DNA from: Pseudobutyrivibrio sp.
Lineage (GTDB): Bacteria; Bacillota; Clostridia; Oscillospirales; Oscillospiraceae
Assembly (NCBI GenBank): GCA_963605115.1
Contig: CAVCTM010000003.1
Span: forward strand, 1,440-65,439
DNA: 64,000 bases
Direction of reading: 5' to 3'
Below, one piece after another: positions 29,188-39,158 of this stretch (within the stretch, counting starts at the first letter, position 1; each line of letters opens with the position of its first letter). The notes beneath the pieces are model-generated. The model was not told the DNA's origin and did no database searches. It was given only the letters and a program-made list of their open reading frames with translations. The translations under genes and the position numbers were made by a program.

Positions 29188-30378
29188 ATGAAAAAACGAT
29201 CGGCTGTTATCTTTATACTGGCGCTGTGCCTCGTTCTCGGCTGCACCGGTCTCGTTTCCGCCAAGCGGGGCGTTTACGTCAACGGCGGCGAGCTGATGGA
29301 GGGGGATCTGGCGCAGAGCTATGCCATCGGCGCAAACGGCACTGCGCTGCTCGGCACCGAGAGCGTCAAGGTCCTCACCGCCGCGGGCGTCACGTCGCTC
29401 GACGGCGCGGAGGAGGTTGGCGGGGGAGGACTCCGCTACGACGACGGCAACGTCCGCATCGCCGCACGCACCATCCGCGTCGGTCTGCGCTATACTTATT
29501 CCGAAAAGCGCGACAACGCAATGGAAGCGGCAAATCTGGAAAACGCCGTCGGCAGCGGTTATCAGTTCGGCTATTTCGACACTGACCGCAATTTTGTCCC
29601 CTACGAGGACGCCTTCACCGACGAGCGCCAGATCACGATGCGTCCCCTTGGGGACGGCAGCGGCATCGGCGTTTACATCACCGGGACGGACACACTGCTT
29701 TACAGCGTGGAGTCCACGGACGCGGAGAATTATCTCGCCGTTCACCCCGTGTCGGACGGCGCCGAGGCGGTCACATGGTTTGCGCAGAAGCGCTATTACG
29801 GCGACTTTGCCTACGCCGTGCTGGACCCGGAGGAGCCGAAGCTCACGGTCGTGAACAGCGTGGACATCGAGCGTTATGTCTCCGGCGTCTGTGCCGCGGA
29901 GATGGGCAGCAGCTTTCCGCTCGAAGCGCTGAAGGCGCAGGCGGTCGCCGCACGGACTTACGGTCAGAGCTATATCCAGAGCGAGGCGTATTTCGCGGAC
30001 TTCGGCTTTGACGTGACGAACGATGACTATTGTCAGGTCTATTTCGGCTATACGGACGCCGAGCGCCTCGTCGCCGCCGCAGCGGAGACGGAAAACCAGT
30101 ATCTCACCTATAAAAACCGCCTTATCAGCGCGCTCTATTTCGCCGCCGACGGCGGCTCCACGCTCGACAGCGAGGCTGTGTTCCCCAATCGGCTGGACTA
30201 TCTCCGCGGCGTCACGGACCCCTATGAAGCGGCGGTGTGGACCCGCGGGGCTTACGGCCACCGCGTCGGTATGAGTCAGTGGGGCGCGAACGCGATGGCG
30301 CGGTATTACAACAAAGACTATAAGGATATTCTGGGCTTCTACTACACCGGTGTGGGGCTCAGCTATGGTGCGCTATGA
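29188..30378 (+). CDS. SpoIID/LytB domain-containing protein (stage II sporulation protein D-like)
   Basis: Signal peptide [49 protein letters not shown] and [11 protein letters not shown] motifs. Confidence 0.8.
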   Translation: MKKRSAVIFILALCLVLGCTGLVSAKRGVYVNGGELMEGDLAQSYAIGANGTALLGTESVKVLTAAGVTSLDGAEEVGGGGLRYDDGNVRIAARTIRVGLRYTYSEKRDNAMEAANLENAVGSGYQFGYFDTDRNFVPYEDAFTDERQITMRPLGDGSGIGVYITGTDTLLYSVESTDAENYLAVHPVSDGAEAVTWFAQKRYYGDFAYAVLDPEEPKLTVVNSVDIERYVSGVCAAEMGSSFPLEALKAQAVAARTYGQSYIQSEAYFADFGFDVTNDDYCQVYFGYTDAERLVAAAAETENQYLTYKNRLISALYFAADGGSTLDSEAVFPNRLDYLRGVTDPYEAAVWTRGAYGHRVGMSQWGANAMARYYNKDYKDILGFYYTGVGLSYGAL

Positions 30379-31400
30379 AAAAATCTGATTTCTATTTCGA
30401 TCTCCCGCAGGAGCTGATCGCCCAGACGCCGCTGGAGCGGCGCGACGGGTCACGGCTGCTCTGTCTCGATAAGCAGACCGGTGCGATGGAGCACCGCCAC
30501 TTTTATGATCTGCCAGAATACCTGCGCCCCGGCGACTGCCTTGTGATGAATGATTCCCGCGTGCTGCCCGCGCGATTGATGGGTCACCGCGTTCCGGGCG
30601 GCGGCGTCTGCGAGGTGCTGCTGCTGACGGACAAGGGCGGCGGCGTCTGGGAGTGCCTCGTCCGTCCGGGCCGCAAGCTGCGCCCCGGCGCGGAGATCAG
30701 CTTCGGAAACGGCGAGCTGACCGCCACGGTGGAGGCGGAGATAGAGGGCGGAAACCGCCTCGTGCGCTTTCACTACGACGGCATTTTTCTCGAAGTGCTT
30801 GAACGCCTCGGCGAAATGCCGCTGCCGCCCTATATCAAGGAAAAGCTCGAAGATTCCGAGCGGTACCAGACCGTTTACTCCCGCGAGCTCGGCTCCGCCG
30901 CGGCGCCGACCGCCGGGCTGCACTTCACGCGCGAGCTGCTGGACAATATCGCCGCACAGGGCGTGAAGCTCGCGTATGTAACGCTCCATGTCGGGCTTGG
31001 CACCTTCCGTCCCGTGAAGGAGGACAATGTGCTCGACCACGAGATGCACTCGGAATTCTGCATGGTCCCGGAGGAGACGGCGCGGATCATCACGGAGACC
31101 AAGCGCGCCGGCGGCCGCATCATCTCCGTCGGCACGACCTCCTGCCGCACGCTGGAGAGCTTCGCAAACCCGGACGGCACCATGGACCCCCGTAGCGGCT
31201 GGACGAATATTTTTATCTATCCGGGCTATAAGTTCAAGTGCATCGACGCGCTCGTGACAAATTTCCACCTCCCGGAGAGCACGCTCATCATGCTCGTCTC
31301 CGCCTTAGCCGGAAGGGAAAACATCTTAAACGCCTACCGCACCGCCGTGGAGGAGCGCTACCGGTTTTTCTCGTTTGGCGATGCGATGCTCATTCATTGA
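30375..31400 (+). CDS. queA: S-adenosylmethionine:tRNA ribosyltransferase-isomerase
   Basis: [26 protein letters not shown]-terminus; 341 aa. ATGA overlap with the preceding gene. Confidence 0.9.
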   Translation: MKKSDFYFDLPQELIAQTPLERRDGSRLLCLDKQTGAMEHRHFYDLPEYLRPGDCLVMNDSRVLPARLMGHRVPGGGVCEVLLLTDKGGGVWECLVRPGRKLRPGAEISFGNGELTATVEAEIEGGNRLVRFHYDGIFLEVLERLGEMPLPPYIKEKLEDSERYQTVYSRELGSAAAPTAGLHFTRELLDNIAAQGVKLAYVTLHVGLGTFRPVKEDNVLDHEMHSEFCMVPEETARIITETKRAGGRIISVGTTSCRTLESFANPDGTMDPRSGWTNIFIYPGYKFKCIDALVTNFHLPESTLIMLVSALAGRENILNAYRTAVEERYRFFSFGDAMLIH

Positions 31401-31435
31401 AAAAACACTTTGAACACCAACACTGAGGTAAGCTA

Positions 31436-32566
31436 ATGTTTCAACTCATCAAAAAAGAAGGTGCGGCGCGGCGCGGGGCTTATACTACGCCGCATGGCGT
31501 GATCCAGACGCCGGTGTTCATGAACGTCGGCACGCAGGCGGCGATCAAGGGCGGGCTCTCCGCCGGGGACTTGGAGCAGATCGGCACGCAGGTGGAGCTC
31601 AGCAACACCTACCACCTCCACGTCCGACCCGGCGACCGGCTCATCCGCGAGATGGGCGGTCTGCATAAATTCATGACATGGAGCGGTCCTATCCTGACGG
31701 ATTCCGGCGGGTTTCAGGTCTTTTCCCTCGCCGTGCTGCGCAAGATCCGGGAAGAGGGCGTGTCCTTCAACTCCCACGTGGACGGGGCGAAGATCTTTAT
31801 GGGACCGGAGGAGAGCATGCGGATCCAGTCCAATCTGGGCTCGGATATCGCCATGGCGTTCGACGAGTGCGTCAAGATCCCGTCGCCATACGAATATGTG
31901 AAAAAATCCTGCGAGCGCACGACGCGCTGGCTCGTTCGCTGCAAGGCGGCGCTTGCGGAGTATAACGCCGAGCCGGACGCCGTGAACCCAGGACAGGTGC
32001 TCTGGGGCATCAATCAGGGCGCGGTCTACCGCAACCTGCGCATCGAGCACATGCAGCGCATTGCGGAGCTGGACCTTCCGGGCTACGCCATCGGCGGGCT
32101 CGCGGTGGGGGAGACCCATCAGGAGATGTATGACACGATCGAGGCGGTGGAGGCTTACATGCCCGCCGACCGCCCGCGTTACCTCATGGGTGTCGGCACA
32201 CCGAGCAATATCATCGAGTCCGTCGCCCGCGGCATCGACTTTTTCGACTGTGTTATGCCCTCCCGCAACGGCAGGCATGGGCACCTCTTTACATGGAACG
32301 GCGTCATCAACCTCAATAACCGCAAATATGACCACGACGCGGAGCCCATCGAGCCCGGCTGCGGCTGCCCAGCCTGCCGGCGCTATTCCAAGGCGTACAT
32401 CCGGCATCTGCTCAAGGCGCAGGAGCCGCTTGCCCTGCGTCTGATGGTGACACATAATCTCTGGTTCTATAACCACCTGATGGAGCGCATCCGCGAGGCG
32501 CTGGACGCCGGGGAGTTTGCCGCGTTCCGCCGCGAATATTCCGAGCGGCTCTCGGTCCGTATCTGA
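31436..32566 (+). CDS. tgt: queuine tRNA-ribosyltransferase
   Basis: GAARRGAYTTPHGVIQTPVFMNVGT, TDSGGFQV and zinc site CGCPACRRYSKAYIRHL. Confidence 0.92.
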   Translation: MFQLIKKEGAARRGAYTTPHGVIQTPVFMNVGTQAAIKGGLSAGDLEQIGTQVELSNTYHLHVRPGDRLIREMGGLHKFMTWSGPILTDSGGFQVFSLAVLRKIREEGVSFNSHVDGAKIFMGPEESMRIQSNLGSDIAMAFDECVKIPSPYEYVKKSCERTTRWLVRCKAALAEYNAEPDAVNPGQVLWGINQGAVYRNLRIEHMQRIAELDLPGYAIGGLAVGETHQEMYDTIEAVEAYMPADRPRYLMGVGTPSNIIESVARGIDFFDCVMPSRNGRHGHLFTWNGVINLNNRKYDHDAEPIEPGCGCPACRRYSKAYIRHLLKAQEPLALRLMVTHNLWFYNHLMERIREALDAGEFAAFRREYSERLSVRI

Positions 32567-32668
32567 AATCTTCCGAAAAACGCCGGATTTCTTTAGAAAA
32601 ACTCTTGCAATTCCGGAAGAGAGCATATATACTAACTTTTGTTACTAAATGAGGAGGTTCATTCCCGA

Positions 32669-33061
32669 ATGAAAAAGAAGATCAAATCTCTGCTCGGCGT
32701 CCTTTCCGCGGCGATCCTCGCCTGCGTTGCCTTCACCGGCTGTGCCACCACCGGTACGGACGGCAGCACGTCCTCCGGCGGCGGCTATACGTCTATTATC
32801 ATGATCGTCGTCCTGATCGCGGTGTTCTATTTCTTCATGATCCGTCCGGAGAACAAGAAGAAAAAGAAAGCCGAGGAGATGCGCAACAGCCTCGCCGTCG
32901 GCGACAAGATCACCACCATCGGCGGTATGGTCGGCAAGGTCGTTGACATCAGCGGCGACCTCATTACCTTCGAGACCGGCGAGGACCGCGTCCGCGTCCA
33001 GGTCACCAAGTGGGCGATTTCCACGAACAGCATCCAGAAGGAAGAACAGCCCGGCAAGTAA
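32669..33061 (+). CDS. yajC: preprotein translocase subunit YajC
   Basis: IIMIVVLIAVFYFFMIRPENKKKKK..LAVGDKITTIGGMVGKV, the YajC core. GAGGAGG RBS. Confidence 0.85.
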   Translation: MKKKIKSLLGVLSAAILACVAFTGCATTGTDGSTSSGGGYTSIIMIVVLIAVFYFFMIRPENKKKKKAEEMRNSLAVGDKITTIGGMVGKVVDISGDLITFETGEDRVRVQVTKWAISTNSIQKEEQPGK

Positions 33062-33082
33062 AAAACCGAACATCAAACGAAG

Positions 33083-33127
33083 CCTCCCCGAATAAGTTTG
33101 GAACAAGCTTATTCGGGGAGGTTTTTT
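33083..33127 (+). terminator. rho-independent terminator after yajC
   Basis: Stem CCTCCCCGAATAAG/CTTATTCGGGGAGG followed by TTTTTT. Confidence 0.8.
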
Positions 33128-33129
33128 GC

Positions 33130-33531
33130 ATGGACAAGAAAATGACGGCGGAGCGTCGGCTTGTACGGCGTGCGGTCCTTGCGGGGCTTGGCGCCGCGGC
33201 GGGGACGCTGCTGCTCGTGCTGCTGGAGGCTGCGCTCTGCGCTTCGGGACGGCTGCCGCAGGGGAGGGAAGGGCTGTGGGCGCGCGCCGCGCTGCTGTTC
33301 GCGTCTGCCGCCGCGGGGCTCGTCGCCGCCGGCGGGGTCAAGACGGGGAAGCTGACCTACGCCGCAATGACCGCCGGGGTGCTGTCACTTTTTGTAATCA
33401 TTTTGGGGCTTCTCTGCGAAAGTTCTACGCTGATCAACATCTCGCTTCTCTGGAATCTTCTCGCCGTGCTATGTGGTGTTTTCGCCGGGACTATGTTGAC
33501 CGCCCGCAGGCGGCGCAGAAGGAGAAGGTGA
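33130..33531 (+). CDS. small polytopic membrane protein (TIGR04086-like, function unknown)
   Basis: 133 aa with three or four hydrophobic helices and an Arg-rich C-terminus. High third-position GC. The family guess is from memory. Confidence 0.5.
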   Translation: MDKKMTAERRLVRRAVLAGLGAAAGTLLLVLLEAALCASGRLPQGREGLWARAALLFASAAAGLVAAGGVKTGKLTYAAMTAGVLSLFVIILGLLCESSTLINISLLWNLLAVLCGVFAGTMLTARRRRRRRR

Positions 33532-33566
33532 ATCCGGAAGATAACATACAGTCATCAAATATGAGA

Positions 33567-33768
33567 GTTAACATAATTCCGACTTGATTACCAAGATATG
33601 GGATTGATTACAAAATGGAGTCACAAGATATCGTTTGCAATGACTGAAATTGCAGGAGAATCGAGTGAGAAAGCGCTGCCGGATTGACAAGGTTAACATA
33701 ATATAGTTGACATAATATTTAAGCATAATCCACAAAAATCAACTTATTTTTCCAAAGCTCTTGATTAC
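33567..33768. repeat. iterated short motifs in a roughly 300-bp AT-rich island
   Basis: GTTAACATAAT at 33567 and 33692; GTTGACATAAT at 33706; TAAGCATAAT at 33720 (14-nt phasing). TTGATTAC at 33584, 33604 and 33761. Confidence 0.6.
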
Positions 33769-33853
33769 GGGAGGAATTTGCGGTATATTATGTTCGCCTG
33801 CTGTTATGTAAATCAGCGGAATCCGCGGCGCACGGAGAGGTGCGTGATTTTTA

Positions 33854-34441
33854 ATGGGCAGGTTTTTCTTTTTGCCGCCCCCGAAGCGGGGCTGGACAAG
33901 GCGGGACGGCGGCGCGCTGCCGCTGCTGCTCGCAATGCTGTTTTTCGGCGTGCTGGCTGGCGCTGCCGCGGCGATGCTTTTCCGCGCTGACACGGCGGGG
34001 GAGCTTGACGCCGCCGCGATCGCCGCCCTTCCGCCGACGACGCTGCTGCGCTCGCTCTGGCGCGCGCTGCGGTTTTTTCTTCTGCTTTTTCTGCTGGGGA
34101 CGAGCTGGCTCGGTGTGGTGTTCACGCCGGCAGCGGCGCTGCTGCGCGGCGCGTTCCTCGGTCATGGCGTGGCGGCTCTTTATGCCGCCTATTCTTACCG
34201 CGGGCTGCTTGCCGCGCTGATCGTGGTCGGCGTGCCGGCGCTCTGGTCGCTGCCGTGCTTCCTCTGCGCGGCGGGGGATGCGTTTTCCGCCTCCCGTGCG
34301 CTCGCGTCGATGCGCTTCGGCGTCTCCGCTCCGGCGGACCGCGCCGCCGCGCTCCGCCGCATGCTGCTGATCCTCCCCTTGGTCGCGCTGGACGCCGTCT
34401 ACGGCTTTTATTTTGCACCCATGCTGCTCCGGCAGCTTTAG
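33854..34441 (+). CDS. spoIIM: stage II sporulation protein M-like membrane protein
   Basis: 195-aa polytopic protein directly upstream of xerD, as in the B. subtilis spoIIM-fur-xerD neighbourhood. The start codon is uncertain. Confidence 0.45.
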   Translation: MGRFFFLPPPKRGWTRRDGGALPLLLAMLFFGVLAGAAAAMLFRADTAGELDAAAIAALPPTTLLRSLWRALRFFLLLFLLGTSWLGVVFTPAAALLRGAFLGHGVAALYAAYSYRGLLAALIVVGVPALWSLPCFLCAAGDAFSASRALASMRFGVSAPADRAAALRRMLLILPLVALDAVYGFYFAPMLLRQL

Positions 34442-34467
34442 AGACTTAGAGAAAGGAGATACGAAGG

Positions 34468-35358
34468 ATGAAGGATTCGCTCTGTCTTACGAAGTATGAG
34501 AGCTACCTCAAAAACGAAAAAAACGCCTCGGCGAACACCCTCGCCTCCTATCTCCGCGATATCCGACAGCTCGGCGAATATCTCTCCTCCCACACGGACC
34601 TCGGCTTCACCGCAGCGGACGAGGCTATTCTGACGGAGTACATCGCGTGGCTGAAGGGGAAGGGCAAGTCCGTCGCCACCGTGTCGCGCGCCATCGCGTC
34701 CATCAAGGGGTTTTACGGCTTCCTGCTCGATTCCGGCGCGGTGGACCATAATCCCGCCGCCGTCCTCGTTCCGGACAAGACCACCCAGAAGCTGCCGCAG
34801 ATCCTCACCAGCAAGGAGGTCGAGCTGCTGCTCGAACAGCCGGAGTGCGTGGACGCCAAGGGCTACCGCGACCGCGCGATGCTGGAGCTGCTCTACGCGA
34901 CGGGCATCCGCGTCAGCGAGCTCATCAATCTGGACGTCTCCGACTTAAGTCTCGCCGCCGGGATCGTCACCTGCCGCGGCAGGGACCACGAGCGCGCCAT
35001 CCCGCTCTATTCCGCGGCGATCAAGGCGCTCGGCGAATATGTCGAGTTCATCCGCCCGCGGATGATCGCCTCGCCGGACGAAAAGGCGCTGTTTGTGAAC
35101 GTCAGCGGCGAGCGCATGAGCCGGCAGGGATTCTGGAAGCTCATCAAGTCCTATCAGGTCAAGGCGGGCATCGAGAAGGACATCACGCCCCATACCCTGC
35201 GCCACTCCTTCGCGGCGCACCTGCTGGAAAACGGCGCGGACCTCCACTCCATTCAGGAGATGCTCGGACATGCCGACATCAGCTCCACGCAGATCTATTC
35301 CCACCTCGTGAAAAAGCAGCTCAAGGACGTCTACAATAAGGCGCACCCCAGAGCGTGA
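34468..35358 (+). CDS. xerD: site-specific tyrosine recombinase XerD (XerC/D family)
   Basis: N-terminal SAM-like domain (YLKNEKNASANTLASYLRDI). Catalytic ...HTLRHSFAAHLLENGADL..LGHADISSTQIYSHL. Confidence 0.8.
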   Translation: MKDSLCLTKYESYLKNEKNASANTLASYLRDIRQLGEYLSSHTDLGFTAADEAILTEYIAWLKGKGKSVATVSRAIASIKGFYGFLLDSGAVDHNPAAVLVPDKTTQKLPQILTSKEVELLLEQPECVDAKGYRDRAMLELLYATGIRVSELINLDVSDLSLAAGIVTCRGRDHERAIPLYSAAIKALGEYVEFIRPRMIASPDEKALFVNVSGERMSRQGFWKLIKSYQVKAGIEKDITPHTLRHSFAAHLLENGADLHSIQEMLGHADISSTQIYSHLVKKQLKDVYNKAHPRA

Positions 35359-35464
35359 AAAAAGAGAGCGAGCCGGTCGGAGGGAACTCCGGCCGGTTTT
35401 TGCTGTTGCCAAGGCTGCTGACAGTGTGCTATAATGATACGGTTAATCGGAAAGGAGGGACGCT

Positions 35465-35980
35465 ATGCGCATCCTCGGCATCGACCCCGGCATCGCGACC
35501 GTCGGCTTCGGCGTCATCGACGCGGACCGCGGGCGGCAGAGCTATGTTTCCTGCGGCGTCATCAGCACCCCGGCGCATACGCCGCTCTCGTCCCGCTTAA
35601 ACCAGATCTACGAGGACCTCGGTCAGCTTATCGACACCTTCAAGCCCGATGCGATCAGCATAGAGGAGCTTTTTTTCAACACGAATATCACGACCGGCAT
35701 CTCCGTGGCGCAGGGGCGCGGCGTGATCCTGCTCGCCGCTTACCGCCGCGGCGTCCCCGTGTTCGAATACACCCCGCTTCAGGTCAAGCAGGCGGTCGTC
35801 GGCTACGGGCGCGCGGAAAAGCGGCAGGTCATCGACATGGTGCGGCGCATCCTGAACATGCCCGCGCCGCCGAAGCCGGATGACGCGGCGGACGCCGTTG
35901 CCATGGCGATCTGCCACGCGCGCAGCGCGACCTCGCTGCTCAGCAGAAATGGAGGAGACAACTCATGTTCCACTATATAA
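35465..35980 (+). CDS. ruvC: crossover junction endodeoxyribonuclease RuvC
   Basis: MRILGIDPGIATVGFGVID..IEELFF..DAADAVAMAICH motifs. Confidence 0.9.
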   Translation: MRILGIDPGIATVGFGVIDADRGRQSYVSCGVISTPAHTPLSSRLNQIYEDLGQLIDTFKPDAISIEELFFNTNITTGISVAQGRGVILLAAYRRGVPVFEYTPLQVKQAVVGYGRAEKRQVIDMVRRILNMPAPPKPDDAADAVAMAICHARSATSLLSRNGGDNSCSTI

Positions 35981-36576
35981 ACGGCACCGCGGCGGAGCTG
36001 CTGCCGAACCTCGCCGTCGTCGACTGCGGCGGGATCGGCTTCGAGATCAACACCTCCGCCTATTCGCTGAGCCAGCTCCGTGTGGGCGAGCCGGCGAAGC
36101 TTTATACCTTCGTCTATATCCGCGAGGACGCCTTTGATATTTACGGCTTCTGCACCAAGCAGGAAAAGCGCTGCTTCGAGATGCTCATCGGCGTCTCCGG
36201 CGTCGGACCGAAGGCGGCACTCTCCATTCTCTCCGCGGGAACACCGGAGGACCTGCTGCTGGCGATCGTCTCGGAGAACGAGAAGGCGATCACCGCCGCG
36301 CCGGGCGTCGGCAAAAAGCTTGCGCAGCGCGTGATCCTTGAGCTGAAGGACAAGCTCGGCGGTGAGATGACGGAGCTCTCCTTCCGCGGCAAGGGCGCCG
36401 CACCGACGCCCGCACCGCTCGGCAAGGACATCCGCGCGGACGCAGCCGCCGCCCTCGCCGTCCTCGGTTACGGCACGGCGGAGATCAACGCCGCGCTCCG
36501 CCGCGTGGAAAACGCGGAGCAGCTTAATACCGAGCAGCTCGTCAAGGCGGCGCTGAATCAGCTTTTGATCCAGTAA
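35965..36576 (+). CDS. ruvA: Holliday junction DNA helicase RuvA
   Basis: MFHYINGT..., GVSGVGPKAALSIL and PGVGKKLAQRVILELK HhH motifs. Confidence 0.9.
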   Translation: MFHYINGTAAELLPNLAVVDCGGIGFEINTSAYSLSQLRVGEPAKLYTFVYIREDAFDIYGFCTKQEKRCFEMLIGVSGVGPKAALSILSAGTPEDLLLAIVSENEKAITAAPGVGKKLAQRVILELKDKLGGEMTELSFRGKGAAPTPAPLGKDIRADAAAALAVLGYGTAEINAALRRVENAEQLNTEQLVKAALNQLLIQ

Positions 36577-36597
36577 GAGGGGAGGAGGGGACAGCTT

Positions 36598-37647
36598 ATG
36601 GCAATCGAATTTTCGGACAGCAGCTTTGACCGGCAGCAGCCGCCCATCACGACGGCGGCGAGCCTTCCGGAGGACCGGATCGAGGGCTCGCTCCGCCCGC
36701 GCTTTCTGAGCGAATACACGGGACAGGAGAAGGCTAAGGAGAACCTGAAGGTCTTTATCGAGGCGGCGAAACTGCGCGGCGAGCCGCTGGACCACGTTCT
36801 GCTCTCCGGACCTCCGGGACTCGGCAAGACGACGCTCGCGTCCATCATCGCGAACGAGATGGGCGTCAATATGCGCATCACCTCCGGTCCGACCATCGAA
36901 AAGGCGGGCGACCTCGCCGCACTGCTCACAAATTTGCAGGAAAACGACATTCTCTTTGTCGATGAGATCCACCGCCTGAACCGGCAGGTGGAGGAGATCC
37001 TCTATCCCGCGATGGAGGATTACGCCATCGACATTATCATCGGCAAGGGTCCGAGCGCGAACTCCATCCGGCTCGACCTCCCAAAATTCACGCTCATCGG
37101 CGCGACGACCCGCTCCGGTCAGCTCACTGCGCCGCTGCGCGACCGCTTCGGCGTGGCGCTCCGTCTGGAGCTCTACACTCCGGAGGAGCTCCAGCGCATC
37201 ATCCTGCGCTCCGCGGGGATTCTCGGCGTTGAGATCGAGCGCAGCGGCGCGGAGGAGATCGCCCGCCGAAGCCGCGGAACACCGCGGATCGCGAACCGCA
37301 TGCTCCGCCGCGTGCGCGATTTTGCGCAGGTGCGCGCCGACGGCGTTATCACGCGCGAGGTCGCGGACGAGGCGCTGACGCGGCTTGAGGTGGACCACAT
37401 GGGGCTCGACGCGCTGGACCGCCGCATGCTGCGCAGCATCATCGAGTTCTATTCCGGCGGTCCCGTCGGGCTGGACACCCTCGCCGCCACGATCAACGAG
37501 GAGGCGGTCACGCTGGAGGACGTCTATGAGCCTTACCTGCTCCAGCAGGGCTTCCTGACGCGCACGCCGCGCGGCCGCTGCGTTACGCAGAAGGCGTATG
37601 AGCACCTCGGCATCCCGTTTCAGGGGCAAAGCAGGCTCGATTTGTGA
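36598..37647 (+). CDS. ruvB: Holliday junction DNA helicase RuvB
   Basis: [31 protein letters not shown] and RGTPRIANR motifs. Confidence 0.93.
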   Translation: MAIEFSDSSFDRQQPPITTAASLPEDRIEGSLRPRFLSEYTGQEKAKENLKVFIEAAKLRGEPLDHVLLSGPPGLGKTTLASIIANEMGVNMRITSGPTIEKAGDLAALLTNLQENDILFVDEIHRLNRQVEEILYPAMEDYAIDIIIGKGPSANSIRLDLPKFTLIGATTRSGQLTAPLRDRFGVALRLELYTPEELQRIILRSAGILGVEIERSGAEEIARRSRGTPRIANRMLRRVRDFAQVRADGVITREVADEALTRLEVDHMGLDALDRRMLRSIIEFYSGGPVGLDTLAATINEEAVTLEDVYEPYLLQQGFLTRTPRGRCVTQKAYEHLGIPFQGQSRLDL

Positions 37648-37706
37648 CGAATCGCCGACCAAGCTTGTCGGGATTTCACAATTTTTTTACAATTTCACAG
37701 AAATCC

Positions 37707-37735
37707 TTGACAAATTGTACGAAAGCGGATATAAT
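37707..37735 (+). promoter_or_regulatory. consensus sigma-A promoter upstream of sigH
   Basis: TTGACA, 17-nt spacer, TATAAT (perfect hexamers). Confidence 0.65.
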
Positions 37736-37759
37736 CCAATTTAGATTTTTTGGAGTAAG

Positions 37760-38392
37760 TTGATATCCCCCATGAATTATCCCGCACTGACTGATCAGGA
37801 ATTGCAGCGCCTCGCCGCAAAGGGCGATGACGACGCCGCGAGCGAGCTCGTTTTCCGCTACCGCAGGATCGTAAAGATCTGCATCCGCCCGTATTTTCTG
37901 GCGGGGGGCGACAGCGAGGATCTGCTTCAGGAGGGGATGATCGGTCTGCTCCATGCCATCCGCGAGTTTGACCCTGAGGCGGGAGCCTCGTTCAAGACCT
38001 TTGCGGAGCTTTGCATCAAGCGCCGCGTTATCAGCGCGGCGAAGTCCGCCTCCAGATTGAAGCATGCCCCTTTGAATGACGGCATTTCGCTGGAGGAGAT
38101 CCTCTCTGAAGAAGCCCAACTCGACTCTGCTTTGATCGGACAGACCTTTGCCCGGTCGCCGGAAGACCAGATTCTTGCCAGAGAGCGCGAATGCGATTTT
38201 ATTTCCACCTTTTCACGGTATTTGTCAGATTTTGAGCGAAAGATCCTGTCCGATTATTTACACGGTCTATCCTATGCGGAGATCGCGGAGCGCCGCTCCC
38301 GGTCCCCGAAATCCGTTGACAATGCCGTACAGCGCATCAGGAAGAAACTGGCGCGACACCTTCATTCCGGCGATTTCAGCGATTTAAGCTGA
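37760..38392 (+). CDS. sigH: sporulation sigma factor H
   Basis: YFLAGGDSEDLLQEGMIGLLHAIREF..SFKTFAELCIKRRVISAAKSASRLKH and LSDFERKIL..KSVDNAVQRIRKKL parallel B. subtilis SigH. TTG start follows GGAG. Confidence 0.82.
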   Translation: MISPMNYPALTDQELQRLAAKGDDDAASELVFRYRRIVKICIRPYFLAGGDSEDLLQEGMIGLLHAIREFDPEAGASFKTFAELCIKRRVISAAKSASRLKHAPLNDGISLEEILSEEAQLDSALIGQTFARSPEDQILARERECDFISTFSRYLSDFERKILSDYLHGLSYAEIAERRSRSPKSVDNAVQRIRKKLARHLHSGDFSDLS

Positions 38393-38440
38393 CGCAAATA
38401 TTACACGCCCCTAAAGGCAAGATCAAAGAGAGGATTCAAA

Positions 38441-38719
38441 ATGTACGAAGACAAGACCCTTATTTGCAAAGAGTGCGGCAACGAGTTCGTGTTCACCGCC
38501 GGTGAGCAGGAGTTCTACGCGGAGCGCGGCTTCCAGAACGAGCCCCAGCGCTGCAAGGCGTGCCGTGATGCCCGCAAGACCGCTTCCCGCGGTCCGCGCG
38601 AGTTCTTCACCGCTACCTGCGCTGCCTGCGGCGGCGAGGCGCGCGTGCCTTTCCAGCCCCGCGACGACCGCCCGGTCTACTGCAGCGACTGCTTTGCGAA
38701 GATGAAGGCTGCTGAGTAA
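38441..38719 (+). CDS. zinc-ribbon (CxxC..CxxC) domain protein
   Basis: CKECG..CKAC and CAACGG..CSDC pairs. 92 aa. A widely conserved small zinc-binding family of unknown function. Confidence 0.7.
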   Translation: MYEDKTLICKECGNEFVFTAGEQEFYAERGFQNEPQRCKACRDARKTASRGPREFFTATCAACGGEARVPFQPRDDRPVYCSDCFAKMKAAE

Positions 38720-38731
38720 GATTCAGCATAT

Positions 38732-38770
38732 AAAAAGGACGCCGGGATTTTCCTCCCGCGTCCTTTTTAT
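38732..38770 (+). terminator. rho-independent terminator
   Basis: AAAAAGGACGC ... GCGTCCTTTTT. Confidence 0.6.
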
Positions 38771-38814
38771 TATGCCTTTTTTCGGAAAAAGGGCAGGGAA
38801 TATCAAAAATATAG

Positions 38815-38844
38815 TTGAATTTTGCACGCGGTCTGATATATAAT
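38815..38844 (+). promoter_or_regulatory. sigma-A-type promoter for the DUF1858 gene
   Basis: TTGAAT, 18-nt spacer, TATAAT. Confidence 0.5.
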
Positions 38845-38882
38845 ATCCATGCAAATATAAATTACCGGAGGTCAAACAAGCT

Positions 38883-39086
38883 ATGTTTGAAGTTACCAAG
38901 GATACCGTTATTTCCGACATCATGATGAACGCGCCGGATTCCGTCCCCCTGTTTCAGGAGATCGGCATGCACTGCATGGGCTGCGCCCTCGCCACCGGCG
39001 AGAACGTGGAGCAGGCATGCGCTGCCCACGGTGTGGACGTCGACGCCTTCCTCAAGAAGCTCAACGAGTTCATCGCGAACAGCTGA
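38883..39086 (+). CDS. DUF1858 / hybrid-cluster-associated redox disulfide protein
   Basis: 67 aa. VISDIMMNAPDSVPLFQEIGMHCMGCALATGENVEQAC pattern. Confidence 0.7.
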   Translation: MFEVTKDTVISDIMMNAPDSVPLFQEIGMHCMGCALATGENVEQACAAHGVDVDAFLKKLNEFIANS

Positions 39087-39102
39087 GAAAGTGCTCAAAA
39101 AG

Positions 39103-39136
39103 CGGCGGGGTCTTTTGTGGGACCCCGCCGATTTTT
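39103..39136 (+). terminator. rho-independent terminator
   Basis: CGGCGGGGTC/GACCCCGCCG stem followed by ATTTTT. Confidence 0.75.
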
Positions 39137-39158
39137 ATGAAAGGGACGCTGGAAAAAT

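Noticed and set aside
28993-30261. N-terminal extension of asd to 785 aa, and the idea of a lysine or other riboswitch in the asd leader.
   Set aside because: The extension is antisense to the SpoIID-like gene and crosses a promoter region; the Asd Rossmann N-terminus starts at ATG 28992. The roughly 150-nt leader shows only a short hairpin and none of the conserved L-box elements I can recall.
33692-33733. CRISPR-like array (also considered for the 54495-54533 and 42210-42270 tandem repeats).
   Set aside because: The repeat units are 9-20 nt with no unique spacers of 25-40 nt, and no cas genes lie in the window. The 42210-42270 and 54864-54890 repeats simply encode Pro/Thr/Glu and Ala/Pro linkers.
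33567-33798. Complete dif site or oriC in the AT-rich island.
   Set aside because: Only XerD-arm-like half sites in direct orientation are present. No XerC arm lies across a 6-bp spacer (the best candidates, AGTTAACATAA-TTCCGA-CTTGATTACCA and GGTTAACATAA-TATAGT-TGACATAATAT, fail on the second arm). There is a single 8/9 DnaA box and no dnaA/dnaN context.
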